The notes under the pieces were generated by a model. That model was not told the DNA's origin, made no database searches, and worked only from the letters and a program-made list of their open reading frames with translations. Positions 52,328 to 64,000 of a stretch of DNA of 64,000 nt are shown here, in pieces (position 1 is the stretch's first letter; every line of letters starts with the position of its first letter). The DNA is from Euglena gracilis (taxonomy: Eukaryota). The translations under genes were made by a program, and so were the position numbers. The DNA lies in NCBI GenBank assembly GCA_039621445.1, contig CP154954.1:31892012-31956011 (forward strand), written 5' to 3'.

Positions 52328-55300
52328 TCAGAGTCTCTGGGAGGAGCTGTCGAAGTGGGGGGAGGACGGCAGGCCCCTCGGGCCCAGGCGGGGAGGGGCA
52401 CTGGCGGGCCGGCCCGGGCCCGGAGGCCGGTGGGCGCTGCCGCCGCCGCCGCCAGGAGGGCCGCGGCGCAGGGCGGCGGAATGGGCGGGCGATGGGACGG
52501 CGGAGGCGGCAGCCGGGGGGTCGGCGAAGCGGGGGTGGGGCCGCTCCCAGGGCGCCGGGGCGGCCGGGGCCGCCTGGGAGGGAGGTGTCCCGGCGTGGGC
52601 GAGCTGCTGCAGCGTCGCCGCGTCAGAGGCACAGCAAAGCTCTGGAATTGGGTGTGTGTGTGTGTGTGTGTGTGTCGTGTGCGTATGTATGTGTGTGCGT
52701 GCCTGTGTGCCTGTGTGTGCCTGTGTCTGTATGTGTGTGTGCAGGTGCTGTGCGCGCGTGTGAATGCTTTGGGTGGGTCAGCTTGAACGCTCACACTCTG
52801 GGTTTCGGTGCGTCATCGGATACAGAGTGGTGGAAAGCACCCACCCACCCACCCACCCACCCACTCACCCCAACAGAAAGCCCCCTATGGGCGCAAGGCG
52901 GTAGACTGGGGGGGGGGTAGTGGGTAGTCGGCCGACTACCCAATTGGTCCACCGACTAGTCCTAGTCGGTAGCTAGTCGGCGAGACAGGGGGGGGGGGTA
53001 GTGGGTAGTCGGCCAACTAGTCGGCCGACTACCCACTCTAATGTACTAACGGGTCAAAACCGCCGACTTTTAAGCCCCCCCCCCCATGAACAAAATCCAA
53101 TGCAAACTAGCCGGTGGCTAGTCGGCGGTCATAAAAATGGTCTGTGGCGGGCCCAAATCACCCGGAAATGGTCCGGATGGGTCCAAATAAGTGTCTTACG
53201 CCTAAATAAACACCCCCAGATGGAAATCTTTGGTCAGTGGGGGGTCGGTGGGCCCTTGATGGGGGTCCGGAGGGGTAAAAAAGCAATGATGAACAGGGAT
53301 TACATTAAAATCCTTTAGAAATGCAATCTGCAATCTGCGTTGAGGCAGGCAGAAAACTCCCACCTGCACCCCAATCCGAGACTAAAATCACAAAATCCCT
53401 TCTGTGTTGGCAACATACTCGGGGGCTAAGTCGTTTTTGTGGCTCACTTTGGCAGGCAGGGGGGGCTCTGCCCCCCCCACGCACCCCCCCCCCTCAAATA
53501 ACAAAATCCCTTCTGTGTTTGCAACATACTCCGGGGCTAAGTCGTTTTTGTGGCTCACTTTGGCATAGGCGGGGGGGCTCCGCCCCCCCCCCCCCCCCGC
53601 CCCCCCCCCCCTCAAATAACAAAATCCCTTCTGTGTTGGCAACATCCTCGGGGGCTAAGTCGTTTTTGTGGCTCACTTTGGCACAGGCGGGGGGGGGGGG
53701 CTCCGCCCCCCCCCCCCCGCACCCCCCCCTCAAATAACAAAATCCCTTCTCTGTTGGCAACATATTCGGGGGCTAAGTCGTTTTTGTGGCTCACTTTGGC
53801 ATAGGCGGGGGGGGGCTCCGCCCCCCCGCACCCCCCCCTCAAATAACAAAATCCCTTCTGTGTTGGCAACATACTCGGGGGCTAAGTCGTTTTTGTGGCT
53901 TACTTTGGCATAGGCGGGGGGGGGGCCGCCCCGCCCGCCCCCCACCCCCTCAAATAACAAAATCCCTTCTATGTTGGCTATAGACTTGGAGGGATAAGAC
54001 CCTTTTTTTGTGCAAACTATGTTGGCTATAGACTTGGAGGGATAAGACCCTTTTTTTGTGCAAATTTTGACTTATATTGAAAATTCAATGGGGAGAGGTG
54101 TACTTTTGTCAAAAGTGGCCCAAAATGGACATTTTCCCCCAATTTTTTTGCATATTCACCCCCGATTGGGGGGTTCTGGAGCCATTTGGGTGGGTTTTGA
54201 CCGGCGTTGAGGTGATTTAGACATTTTTTTTTACCATGGGGGGGCTTAAAAGTCGGCGGTTTTGACCCGTTAGTACATTAGAGTGGGTAGTCGGCCGACT
54301 AGTCGGCCGACTACCCACTACCCCCCCGCCGACTAGCCACCGACCAATTGGTCGGCCGACCAGTCGGTGGACCAATTGGGTAGTCGGCCGACTCCCCACT
54401 CCCCCCCCCCCCCCCCCAGTCTACCGTTTGGCACTCCCCCTATGAGGGGATGGCTTCCACCCACTGGTCACCAACCTTATAAAAACCCACGGATAGACAT
54501 CAGCAAACAACCACGATATGTGCCACATGGGCATACATTCACTTCGTGCCGGGGACATTTCTTTCCTGGGGCCAAACCCATGGTGCTTTTCTTTTTTGAA
54601 AATTCACCCACACATGCCCCCCCCCCCCCCCCCGGGACCCATCCACACACCCAAACCAACCCAGAATTGGCCGAAAACCCTGGAAAAGATTTCCCGGTGT
54701 GGCTTTTCCATCGTGCACCTTCCCGGGGGGGGGGGGCGGTCCAGTAGCCCCAACCAACCCACCCACACTCTCAACCCCCCCCCTCTCTGTTCACATGGGT
54801 CTGGGTAGCGCGAGCCATCTGCGGTGGGCAGGGATGGACTGGCTGAGAGCGGGCTTCGACGTCCTGAAGGACGGAGAAGACATCGCCCCCCCCCCCCCCC
54901 CCCGTTCACTGCCACACAAGGCTTGTGTGAGGACCGCAGAAGCAGATGCGTTGGTGAACTGAAAACGAAAACTTTTGACTGGCTATTTGGACGTCTCCCC
55001 CGGTACTTTGAACATCCCCCCAGACAAGTTCCTGGGACCATGAGGTGGAAACATGGAACTGTGGCAAAGGAAAACCCTTACGGCGCTCACAGAGTTAACA
55101 AGACAATTTAAACGGAAAACTGCGTCCGAAAAAAAGGAAAAAGGGGTGGTGGGAGCTCTACTCCGCCCCCATTGTGTGTTGTGGGATTCCTGTTAAGCTG
55201 TCCCCCAACGGGGGAGGGATCGAGCCCAGAACCCCTGGATTATATGGAATAAACAAATGAAACGGCGGGAACAAAAAACAGAATGCGTTGCACGCCAGCT

Positions 55301-58300
55301 GGAAAATACACAGAGCAGCAGAACTGTCGGAAGGCCAACGGCAACCGTACGGCAAACACCTGCGCCCGGAGCTGAGGCGGGCGGCCGACGAAGCGCTGCC
55401 CACGCACACCGCTGCCAGGCTGGCCAGCGGCGAAGCTCGGTCCGGGTCTGTGGTGGGGCTGTCTCCGGGGACGGCTGCCGACGTTGGCCGAACACTGCAG
55501 GTCACTGTGACTACCGTGACTGTGTTGTGCGGTGTGCGTGTGCATGCACGAGTGCGTGTGGGCCCACTTTTTGGGGTCATTTATGACTGTATGATGGAGT
55601 TTTCAAAATTTCCACCAAATTTCTATGTTTTGAGAGAAATTTGCTGAAAAAGTCCTTCAGCCCCCAACAGCCCAAGAGGACCCACAAGGCCCCTGGGGGC
55701 TCAGGAGGGGGGGGAACAGGTGGGTGACACTTTTGAAAATCCTTGCAACCAACCTGCCCAGAAAAACGGAAAAAAATCTGCTGAAATTTTTGTCTGGCTA
55801 GGCCTTGAAGCCTGGACCTGAACCCCATTCCCCCGAGGGAGGGTGGGCCAAATGGCCCCTCCACCCACTCCCTCTCAGTCGTCACCTCCCGGGGGAGGGA
55901 TAGGTCACATCCCCTCCCTCATCCCTCAGGGTCTGTGGTCGGGGAGGTTCAGACCCGCCGGGCTTGGGAGCAGTTTCCTTCCAAACCAAACCACCGCGTG
56001 CCAGAACGTGGGACTGGGACCATCCGTCTGGGGTCGGCATCAGCCACCTCCACCCCCCCCCCCCCCCGGCCGGCCCGGCCCCGACCGCCGATGGCGAGGC
56101 CCAGCATGGCGTGCAGCTCGTCCAGCAGGTAGTCCGGCTTGGCGGGGGAGTCGGAGCGGGGCGGGGGCCGGGCGGCGGCGTGGGGGTGCTGCTGCCGCAT
56201 CTGTCGGCGGGCCGGGTCGGGTGTTAGGGGAAGGGGGGAGGGGGAAGGGGGGGGCGTACCCCCCTTCCCCCCTGGGAAGGGGGGGGGCGTACCCCACTTC
56301 CCCCCTGGGTAAAAAAAAAAAACAGCGGCGCGAAGTGCGGAATTTTTTTTGAGGGGCTTCAAAAAGTGCCCAAAATTGCTTTTTCAGGTGATTTCCCCCC
56401 CAAATTGACAAAAACAGATGAAAAAAACATAAATCTGCGAGCAGGAAGCGCCTGGAAAAAAAGTTCCCGGATCCCCCTCCTCGGCCCTGGGGGGGGCGGG
56501 GGGGGGGCGGGGTGGTCTGGACCTCCCCTAGGGGGGGGGGGAGGATGGTGGTTGGACGTTTCCCCTTCTTTCCCCCTGTACAAAAACAACGCTCACTTGA
56601 TACCCAGGGGCTGGGATTTATTTATGGCGTGCTTCCCCCTCCCTTCAGCGGGAAACTGTCAGCAGACCGGTCTGCCGCATAGGCAACCGTGAAAGTTCCA
56701 ATGAAAATTCCCACCCATTTAAAATCGCAGTGTCCAAGGGTGCACAGTGCCCATATATGCCACACCCCTGAGCGTCCGAAAGCGAAGTCCAACCCCCCCC
56801 CCCCCCAGAAGAGCCACGTTACACTGAACCAATTTCCGCTTGTGCCCAAATAAATGCACCGGGAGGGATTTAGGTATTCGAGTTGCCTGCTGCCCAGGAT
56901 CGCCCTTCGGGGTCCCATCTGCTGGCAATCCGAACCGGTACAACTTGTGGTCCGGCTCGACACAGCCCATCTATCAGCGGCCGCATCCCAGGGCGTGCCA
57001 GACTGTGCCAAGACGAGTGGAACCGGGCGACATGAGCCGAAAACAATTGGTCCTCCCGGCGTGGGCCGTCCCTCCGTGTGCCGCCTCCGCGGCGGCCCGC
57101 CACACCTGCTCCAGGCGCTGCTCGAAGGCGAAGGGCCGGCTGAACTGCCACAGCAGGTACTGCCGCGCGCCGTCCTCCGCCGACTGCAGCCGCTCCCGGC
57201 GCTGCGCCTCCGCCGTTGCCCGCCGGCCCCCCAGGGCGGCGTAGGGGGTGGTCGCCCCCCGGACGCCAGGGTGCCGTGTGCCACCCCCAGGGAGGGGAGG
57301 TGTGTTCTGCTCAGAGATTTCACTGGGTGACCCTGGGGGGAAGCCTTTTCCCCGGGCCCAAACCCACCCCCCCCACTTTTTTCGAAAACCCACCCACCCA
57401 CGACCCTCCCCCCTCCTCAGGGGTCAGCCGCCCACCCAAAATCCAACGAAAAAGTGACCAGAAGTCCTTGCAAATAATTTTTCCTGCCCGGCCAAGCCAA
57501 AATCTGACCCATGGTGCACCCCGGGGTCCAGTGGCCCCCACCCACCAACCCACTCTCAACCCCCCCCCCCTGGGAGACGGGGTCACTCACACAGGAGTTA
57601 AATGCATGTACGTTTCTGCTACAGGCAACGCGGGCCTTCCACCACACCCCGGGTTGGTTTTGGGTTTGGGTTTGAGCTGGGTGGGAACCAACCTAAATTT
57701 TCTTGGACAATTTTCAATACATTTTTGCAGTCTGTGTTTTTTTTTTTTGCTCAAATCCCACCAATCTCCGCAAAATTTCAGCTGGGAATTTTTGTGCGCA
57801 AAAACATGCCCAAATGCTCAAAACTCTCAGGGGATTTTTCGTTCCATGCTGCCTGTGTGGGCGGCGCCCATTGGCACTCCCTGAGGAGGGGATTTTTGGT
57901 TGCAAAATCAAAGCACCTGGTGGCGTTTTATTTTTGAGGGGACTTTTTATTTATATTTATTGGGGGAGGGCAAAATTCTGGTCACATCGTCCGTCGCAGG
58001 AAACCTTGCTGCTCCTTGTGCCCTTGTTCAGTGTGCCACGAACCTCCCTCCCGTCAAGCCCTCACCTGGCGTTGGGGGGCCGGGGCGAGAGGGCCCGGGC
58101 GTTGGTGTAGCCCAGCACCGTGGGCCGCTTCTGCCAGCTGGCCTCCCCTCCGTACCGCTCCACGGCGGCGGCCACCGGCGCTGCGGCCGGATCGGGGGTG
58201 GGCTGGACCGTGGCTGGGCCTGGCGGGGGGGGGGGGAGGTGGCGGGGGCGGTGGTGCCGGTGGTGGTTGGAAGGCGCGTTCTGTTGTAGCTGACGTAAAT

Positions 58301-61300
58301 AGGGAGTCATTTATATGTATTATATAATATATATAATAATAATTCATAATATACATATAATAATATAACCCCCCCCCCTAATAAGTGCACGGGTGCGCGC
58401 ATTTTAAGGACGTAGTTTCGGACCCCAAGGGGTGCGCACTTATTAGGGCAGTGTCCACTTTTTAGGACGAAGCCGAAAATACTCACATTTCCACCACTCT
58501 TTTTCAGTTTCCCCCTCATCTTGATTTCAAGCTACGAGTCAAGTGATTATGTGTCAAATTTGGGCTTGGACGATAGAAATATTTGGTTTGAGAAAGACAA
58601 TTCTGAGAGTTGTGTGTGCTTTCTGACCTGAGATGTGACCGTGATTTCTCCTTTGGGGGGGGTGCGCACTTTTTAGGGAGGTAGTTTCGGACCCTTGGGG
58701 GGTGCGCATTTATTAGGGCACTGCGCACTTATTAGGGGGTTTTTATATTATTTATTATATATATAATAACATATAATAATAATAATAATAATAATATATA
58801 TTTGAAACTAATATTGTATTATTATATAATAGTATATTTATATGTATTATATAATTACAAGGAGTCATTTATATTTATATAATAGGGAGTCATTTGTTTG
58901 ACACATGTTTGCAATTTCTGATTTCCTGGCGGTGAACCGTTCGATTCCTGCCCCGGAGGCATCGCCGGGCGGCACCCCCCTGCTTTGCTCACGCCTTTCG
59001 GCCACAGAGGATGGGGGTCCACACCAACTAACGCCGCTGCCGCCTTCTGCCGCTTCAGCATCAGCTCCTTCTCCTTCCATGCCTGCAGGTCCCTGGCACA
59101 CCCCTGCCCCCCGGCGCATCCCCTTCTTTGGGGGACGCCAGACCCCACCTGTTTGTGGGGGGCGGGGGCACGACTTCCCGGCAGGGAATGGCACCGCCCG
59201 AGTGGACCACATTGGGCGAAAAACCCCACGATTCGAAAAAAAGAAAAAAAATAAAAATTCGTTTTCAAAAAAAGAAAAAAACATTTCATTTTCAAAAAAA
59301 AATGGAAATGAATGTGTTGGCCTGTGTTGCGGCCAAACCTCCATCAGCCTCAGGTGGGCCGATGCCGTCCAAATCCCCCCCTGCCCCCCTGCCTGCCCCC
59401 TGGCAGCGGGCGGGGCCCAGCACCACCTCGCAGTGCAGCTCCGCCAGCTGCAGGTCGCACGCCTGGAGGTGCTCCTCGAGCCGCTCCTGGCACCCCCGCC
59501 GCCACACTCCGCGGCGGAGCCCCTCCGGCCTTGGGGGTTGCGAAAGGCGGTGTGCAGATGCTGGGGGGGGGGTGGTGGGCAGGGTCCAGCCCAAGCTTCT
59601 TTTTTTTTTTTAAGACACCGGGGGGTGTTACAATTTAAAAAAGAAACCTGGTCCAGGAGGACATGGGTCCAAGTCGACGGAAACACGGTGGGTTGGGGAC
59701 AGGGGCGACACCGGGATGTGTGGGAAGCCCCGAGGGGGGGGGGGGTCCGGACCCCCCCCCCCAGGAAACTGTCATGCCTGAGAACCTGTCAGGGACCCGC
59801 CTGGGAAACTGTCAGGGTCTTCCTTCGCACTGGCCAACCTGTCAGTATAGGTAGTTGTCAGGATCCCCGGTACTGGCCAACCTGTCAGGTGACAATTTCC
59901 CCGGGGGGGGGGGAGGGGTAGGCACCTCAACGCCGGCGGGCTTCCCAAGCGTCCCCGGGCGACCTGGTGGAGGGGCCCCGGCCGGGGGTGGGCCACCGCG
60001 GCGTTGCGGGAGAGGGCGGCACGGTCCAGCACGTTGCGCCACACCGACTCCTCGATGAGCAGCAGCAGGTCCCGGCTGGAGGCCTCCGCGTCGCACAGCT
60101 CCTGTGAACCCCCCGGCGCACAGGGGTCCTGGGTCGGGGGGTCAGGGGGGCCACATGGCGCAGCACGCGTCCCAATGCTTTCGCGATGCGACAGCATTGG
60201 CAGTCCCGGCAAATGCTTCCAAAAGTGTTATCACAAGTAACTTTGGAGGTCAAATAATTGCCCTGAAATCACAGAGGGGGCATGAGAACGGCATTGGGGA
60301 CTTCCTTGAACTGAAGAAGATTGCTAATAAACAAAAACACACCTGGACACGGACAAATCCTGGGCCCATTTGAGTAAAACAAACACTGTCTGGTATGTAT
60401 TCATCCGTTGGAAACACACCATGGAAATTGCCCTCAGAAAACAAAGGTGGGAGAAAAAAGGTTGCAACGAGCCTTCAGAGTGGCATGGTGGTGTGGCACC
60501 CACCCACACACACTCACACATATTCACACACCCACCCACCCACCCACCCACCCGCCCACCCACCCCCCCACCCCCCCACCCACCCCCCCCCCCCCCCACC
60601 CCCCCCCCCACCCACCCACACACCTGCCGGTCCCGGCGCATGCGGGCAGCTGTCTCGGCGGTCCACTGCACGGCGACCCACCCGTGGGCCGCGTCGGCGG
60701 CCACCCTGTGCCGGGCCTCCGCCTCCTCCAGCAGCAGGGCGTGGTGGAGGCGGACCGCGGCCTCGTCTGGCTGAACCTTCGCGTCCTGCTGGCTGCAGAA
60801 CTGCGAAGGGCACTTCATTCAAATGCCGTGTGTGCTGCATCCCCACCCCAACACAGAGCCATCCCCCAAACAAAATAAAAATCCAACGCAGCATGCCCAC
60901 CCATTCTTGGCAGCTGTGCTTGAAGCTTTCTAATGTTTCATGCATTCATGTCCGCCTGGAGATTCGCCTGGAAACGATCTTACAAAAACTTCCAAAAAAA
61001 GTTGTGTTCTGTTTCCGCACCGCCTTAAACGAAATTTTTGAATATCTCTCAGCAGAGGGGTTGACAGGCGGGGCGAAAATGTTCAGTTTTGCGTGGCCCA
61101 GCTGTGTCATCAGGAGGGAACTTGTGCGCTGACAAATTAAGGACACCACGCACTCAAACCGCATCCCATTTCAGTTCATCTTGGCCCCAAGCTTCTCAAA
61201 GTTCTTGAACTTGTGATGGCCAGAATGGTGTTGAAGCCTTTCCCAACCCCTCTGTTCCGGATAGCAGCACAGGCAACCACGCCCCCCTCCCTCCCATGCC

Positions 61301-63498
61301 TTCCTGGTCCAACTGTCATCCCGCGCTGCTAAATGATACGGTGTGGTGCACAGCCCAGGAGGAGGGGGATGCTGGGGAGCTTGGAAACCAATCACCCGAC
61401 ACCCGGGGCAAGCACGCACAGCGCACACCTCGTTACAGAATCAGCACTGCTTTACGCGGTAAACCGCCTAACCTCATTTTTACCTTAATTCCCAGGCCGG
61501 TCCCCTCCGTTAGGGCAGCATCTCTTCATCACAAAAACAAATTTTGCGCGGTTTACCACCTAAAACATCCCTTTCCAGAAATCATAGCATCTTTTGGGCA
61601 GTGTTGTGTGTTCACCTCCCCCATCACTGGTCCTCGGGACTCACGAGATGTTCAAAATGGGCGGGTTGCTTAGGCGGTTGCCTCTTCTTCACCTGCAACA
61701 CCGTGCCACCCCCCCTCCACAGGGGGGTTCAGCAGCATCACCAAACAACCGGGGCTCCGGAGGCCAGGTGTTCTCCGGCTGTTTTCTGTTTTTCAAATTT
61801 TCAAGGCATTCCAGGGGGGTGTTTTCCAAACCACCCCCTAAAACAGCCATAAATTTTCAAAATCGCCATTACGTCAAAATGCCTAAAATGGACCCAAAAC
61901 CACCCAAATTTTTGTGCTGGTGTCACCCTCTTAAATTTTTGAGCACAAAACGGTGGGGTATCGTAAGCGGAAACCCTCGCACCTCGAGCGCACGGAAATT
62001 GGAAAAAAATTTGGGCAATTAGCGCCGCCTAAGTCTGTGTTTTGTGTGTGCTGTGTGTGCGTATTGTGTGTGTTGTGTGTGTTGTGTGTGTTGTGCGTGT
62101 GTTGTGTGTTGTGTGTTGTATGTGTGTTGTATGTGTGTTGTGTGTTGTGTGTGTGTTGTGTGTTGTGTGTTGTGTGTTGTGTGTGTGTTGTGTGTTGTGT
62201 GTTGTGTGTTGTGTGTTGTGTGTTGTGTGTTGTGTGTTGTGTGTTGTGTGTGTGAAATCATGTGTGTGCGAACTCGTGTGTGCGTGTTTGCGTGCACAAA
62301 TGTGGGTGTGCGTGTGGGTGTGTGCGTGTGCGAGTGTGGGTGTGCGTGGGTGGGCACCCAAATACAAAATTACAGACGTCCCAAAGCTTTAGAGCGCCTG
62401 GCATTTTTTTCGGGCAAAAAGGCCCTCGGACTCAAATTCCATCTCCCTCCCCCTATGCCCAACGACCAATAATGCCTGTCCTCCGACTGGGGGGGGGATT
62501 TTCTCAGAGGTTTTCAGCGTGGCGCAAAGCGCCAGGCTGAAAATTTTTGCCGCCCAAAATGGGCCATGAATTACATTTTGGGCACCTTTGGGCAAAGATT
62601 GTCAGATTGTCAGAATTGTCAGATTTCGGCTTGCGCCAAAAGGAAAAGGTTGACCTTTTGGGGGGTCCGCGTACCCTCCCCCAATCTCTTTCTGTTTTTA
62701 GACCCCTGTCCAACCGGAGCCTTCCGATCGGGGGGGGGGGGTTGCAGTCGTCTGACGTAGGGGGAGGCCGTTGGGCATGGGGAGGGGAACGTGAAACCAC
62801 AAAAAATGTCAATTTAAGAATTCAAAAGATAATTTGAGCCAGCCCATAGAGTGAAATAAGTACACATACACAATTAGTATGCACAATGTGTAAGATGTTT
62901 ATGAGTATAAAAGCTTATAATTATACATACATAAAAATTCAACAAAACAATAAATTCACAACAGAAATATTCGCTTACATGTGTGCGGTTTGTGAATATT
63001 ACAACCACCAAGAAACCTGGTGACAAATCACCTCCTCCCCCCTTGTCCAACGATCAATGATGTCCATCTCCAACTGGGGAGGGGGGTGGTTGTAAGACAA
63101 AGGGGGTGGACCCAAGGTTCACCAAAAATTGGTAGCAGATGGGGTATGTGGCCGTTTTGGACCATTTTTACCGATTCATCTGATAATTTTCTTGGCCACT
63201 TTTTAGCTATTTTTTTGGCTGCTGTTTGGTCATTTTTGGCCATTTTTGGCCATTTTTTTTTGTGTCATTATTGACCGTTTTCGGCCATTTTGTGGCCAAC
63301 TCTTAGTACCCCGGACCGCATTGCCACCAACTGCTTTCCAAGACCAACAACAACACCGGCAGCCACAGGACGCCCCCCTCCCCCGGTGGCCACACACCGG
63401 CGGCAGGGCGGCCCACGAGCACCGCTCGTCCGCGTGGAGCGCCGCCCGGCCCGCGTGCTCCGCCATCTCCACCGCGCCCCGCGCCCGCACCGCCGCGG
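52328..63498 (-). CDS. Gene A, 3' part: hypothetical Ala/Arg/Pro-rich, partly coiled-coil protein
   Basis: Phase-compatible exons 63498-63398, 60800-60624, 60101-59926, 59529-59419, 59095-59025, 58180-58066, 57880-57853 (GC donor), 57306-57106, 56200-56086, 55494-55360 and 52641-52328 (TGA). No recognisable family motif. Confidence 0.65.
52890..54435. mobile_element. Mutator-like non-autonomous element: ~190-bp TIRs, 9-bp TSD, internal ~110-118-bp tandem array
   Basis: CCCCCTATG at 52881-89 and 54436-44; 52890-53085 is inverted at 54238-54435; about five and a half AACAAAATCCCTTCT...CACTTTGGCA units at 53385-53990. Confidence 0.85.
58368..58740. mobile_element. MITE with CCCCCTAATAAGTGC TIRs in an AT-rich site
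   Basis: CCCCCTAATAAGTGC / GCACTTATTAGGGGG; homologous to 21870-22205. Confidence 0.75.
59096..59418 (-). other. Possible nonconventional intron (323 nt) in gene A
   Basis: T|GGG-CCCCGCCC...GGGCAGGGG-TGTGC|C resolves a frame conflict, giving HCEVVL|RDLQAWKEKE. Confidence 0.5.
62035..62350. repeat. (TGTGT/TGTTGTG)n simple repeat
   Basis: Direct reading. Confidence 0.9.
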
Positions 63499-63662
63499 CT
63501 ACAGCCCCGCACCGCCCAACCGCCCCGCCCCCCCCCCCCAACAGGGGACTGTCACTTTTGGACTTTGGGGTTCGATTTCGAGGACGGTTCCTGCCATACA
63601 GTGGCTGAGCATTGCGAAGGGTGGGTTCGCTGTTCAGGGTTCTGAATTATTCTGTATATATG

Positions 63663-63871
<209 letters not shown>

Positions 63872-64000
63872 TTTATTTTTGAAAAAGCAATCGGTTCCTC
63901 CCTTAACTCGTCTGGGGGTGCAGAGGTCTTGGCAACAGCTAACGCTGATGCTGAAAAAAGCTTTTCGTTCGTGTCACATGGGGCCGGGAACACCCTCGTT

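Noticed and set aside
51858-52763. Long plus-strand GC-rich ORFs (also 58905-59921, 14795-15745, 43124-43906)
   Set aside because: Antisense shadows of GC-rich minus-strand exons or read-through of G/C runs; splice signals and motifs all lie on the minus strand.
54795-54863. Extra exon of gene A (GRRSPLSASPSLPTADG...)
   Set aside because: Its GT donor would create TAG on joining the next exon, and the flanking exons join in frame without it; possible only with another donor.

Overview
Eukaryotic, intron- and repeat-rich genomic DNA, most likely from a euglenid (inferred from many non-GT-AG introns with the Euglena-type stem geometry, mixed with GT-AG and GC-AG introns). Three split genes lie on the minus strand. 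Gene A (~63.5-52.3 kb) encodes an unknown Ala/Arg/Pro-rich protein. Gene B (~48.2-9 kb, >35 exons) encodes a large NO VEIN/sacsin-like protein with a GHKL ATPase domain. Gene C (<=3.7 kb, running off the window) encodes a P-loop NTPase with an IVLTGGPCGG motif. Introns are full of microsatellites and non-autonomous DNA transposons. Main observation: about 16 introns follow the nonconventional rule (intron +4..+6 pairs with -8..-6, so 3+5 = 8 unpaired flanking nt). At least four of them are TIR elements (mostly CAG...CTG or CAA...TTG ends) flanked by perfect or 7/8 8-bp target-site duplications inside coding sequence. Splicing at the nonconventional positions removes the element plus exactly one TSD copy, so hAT-type MITE insertions appear to become ready-made introns. 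All exon structures were deduced by eye from reading-frame continuity, without RNA data, and homopolymer lengths may contain assembly errors.
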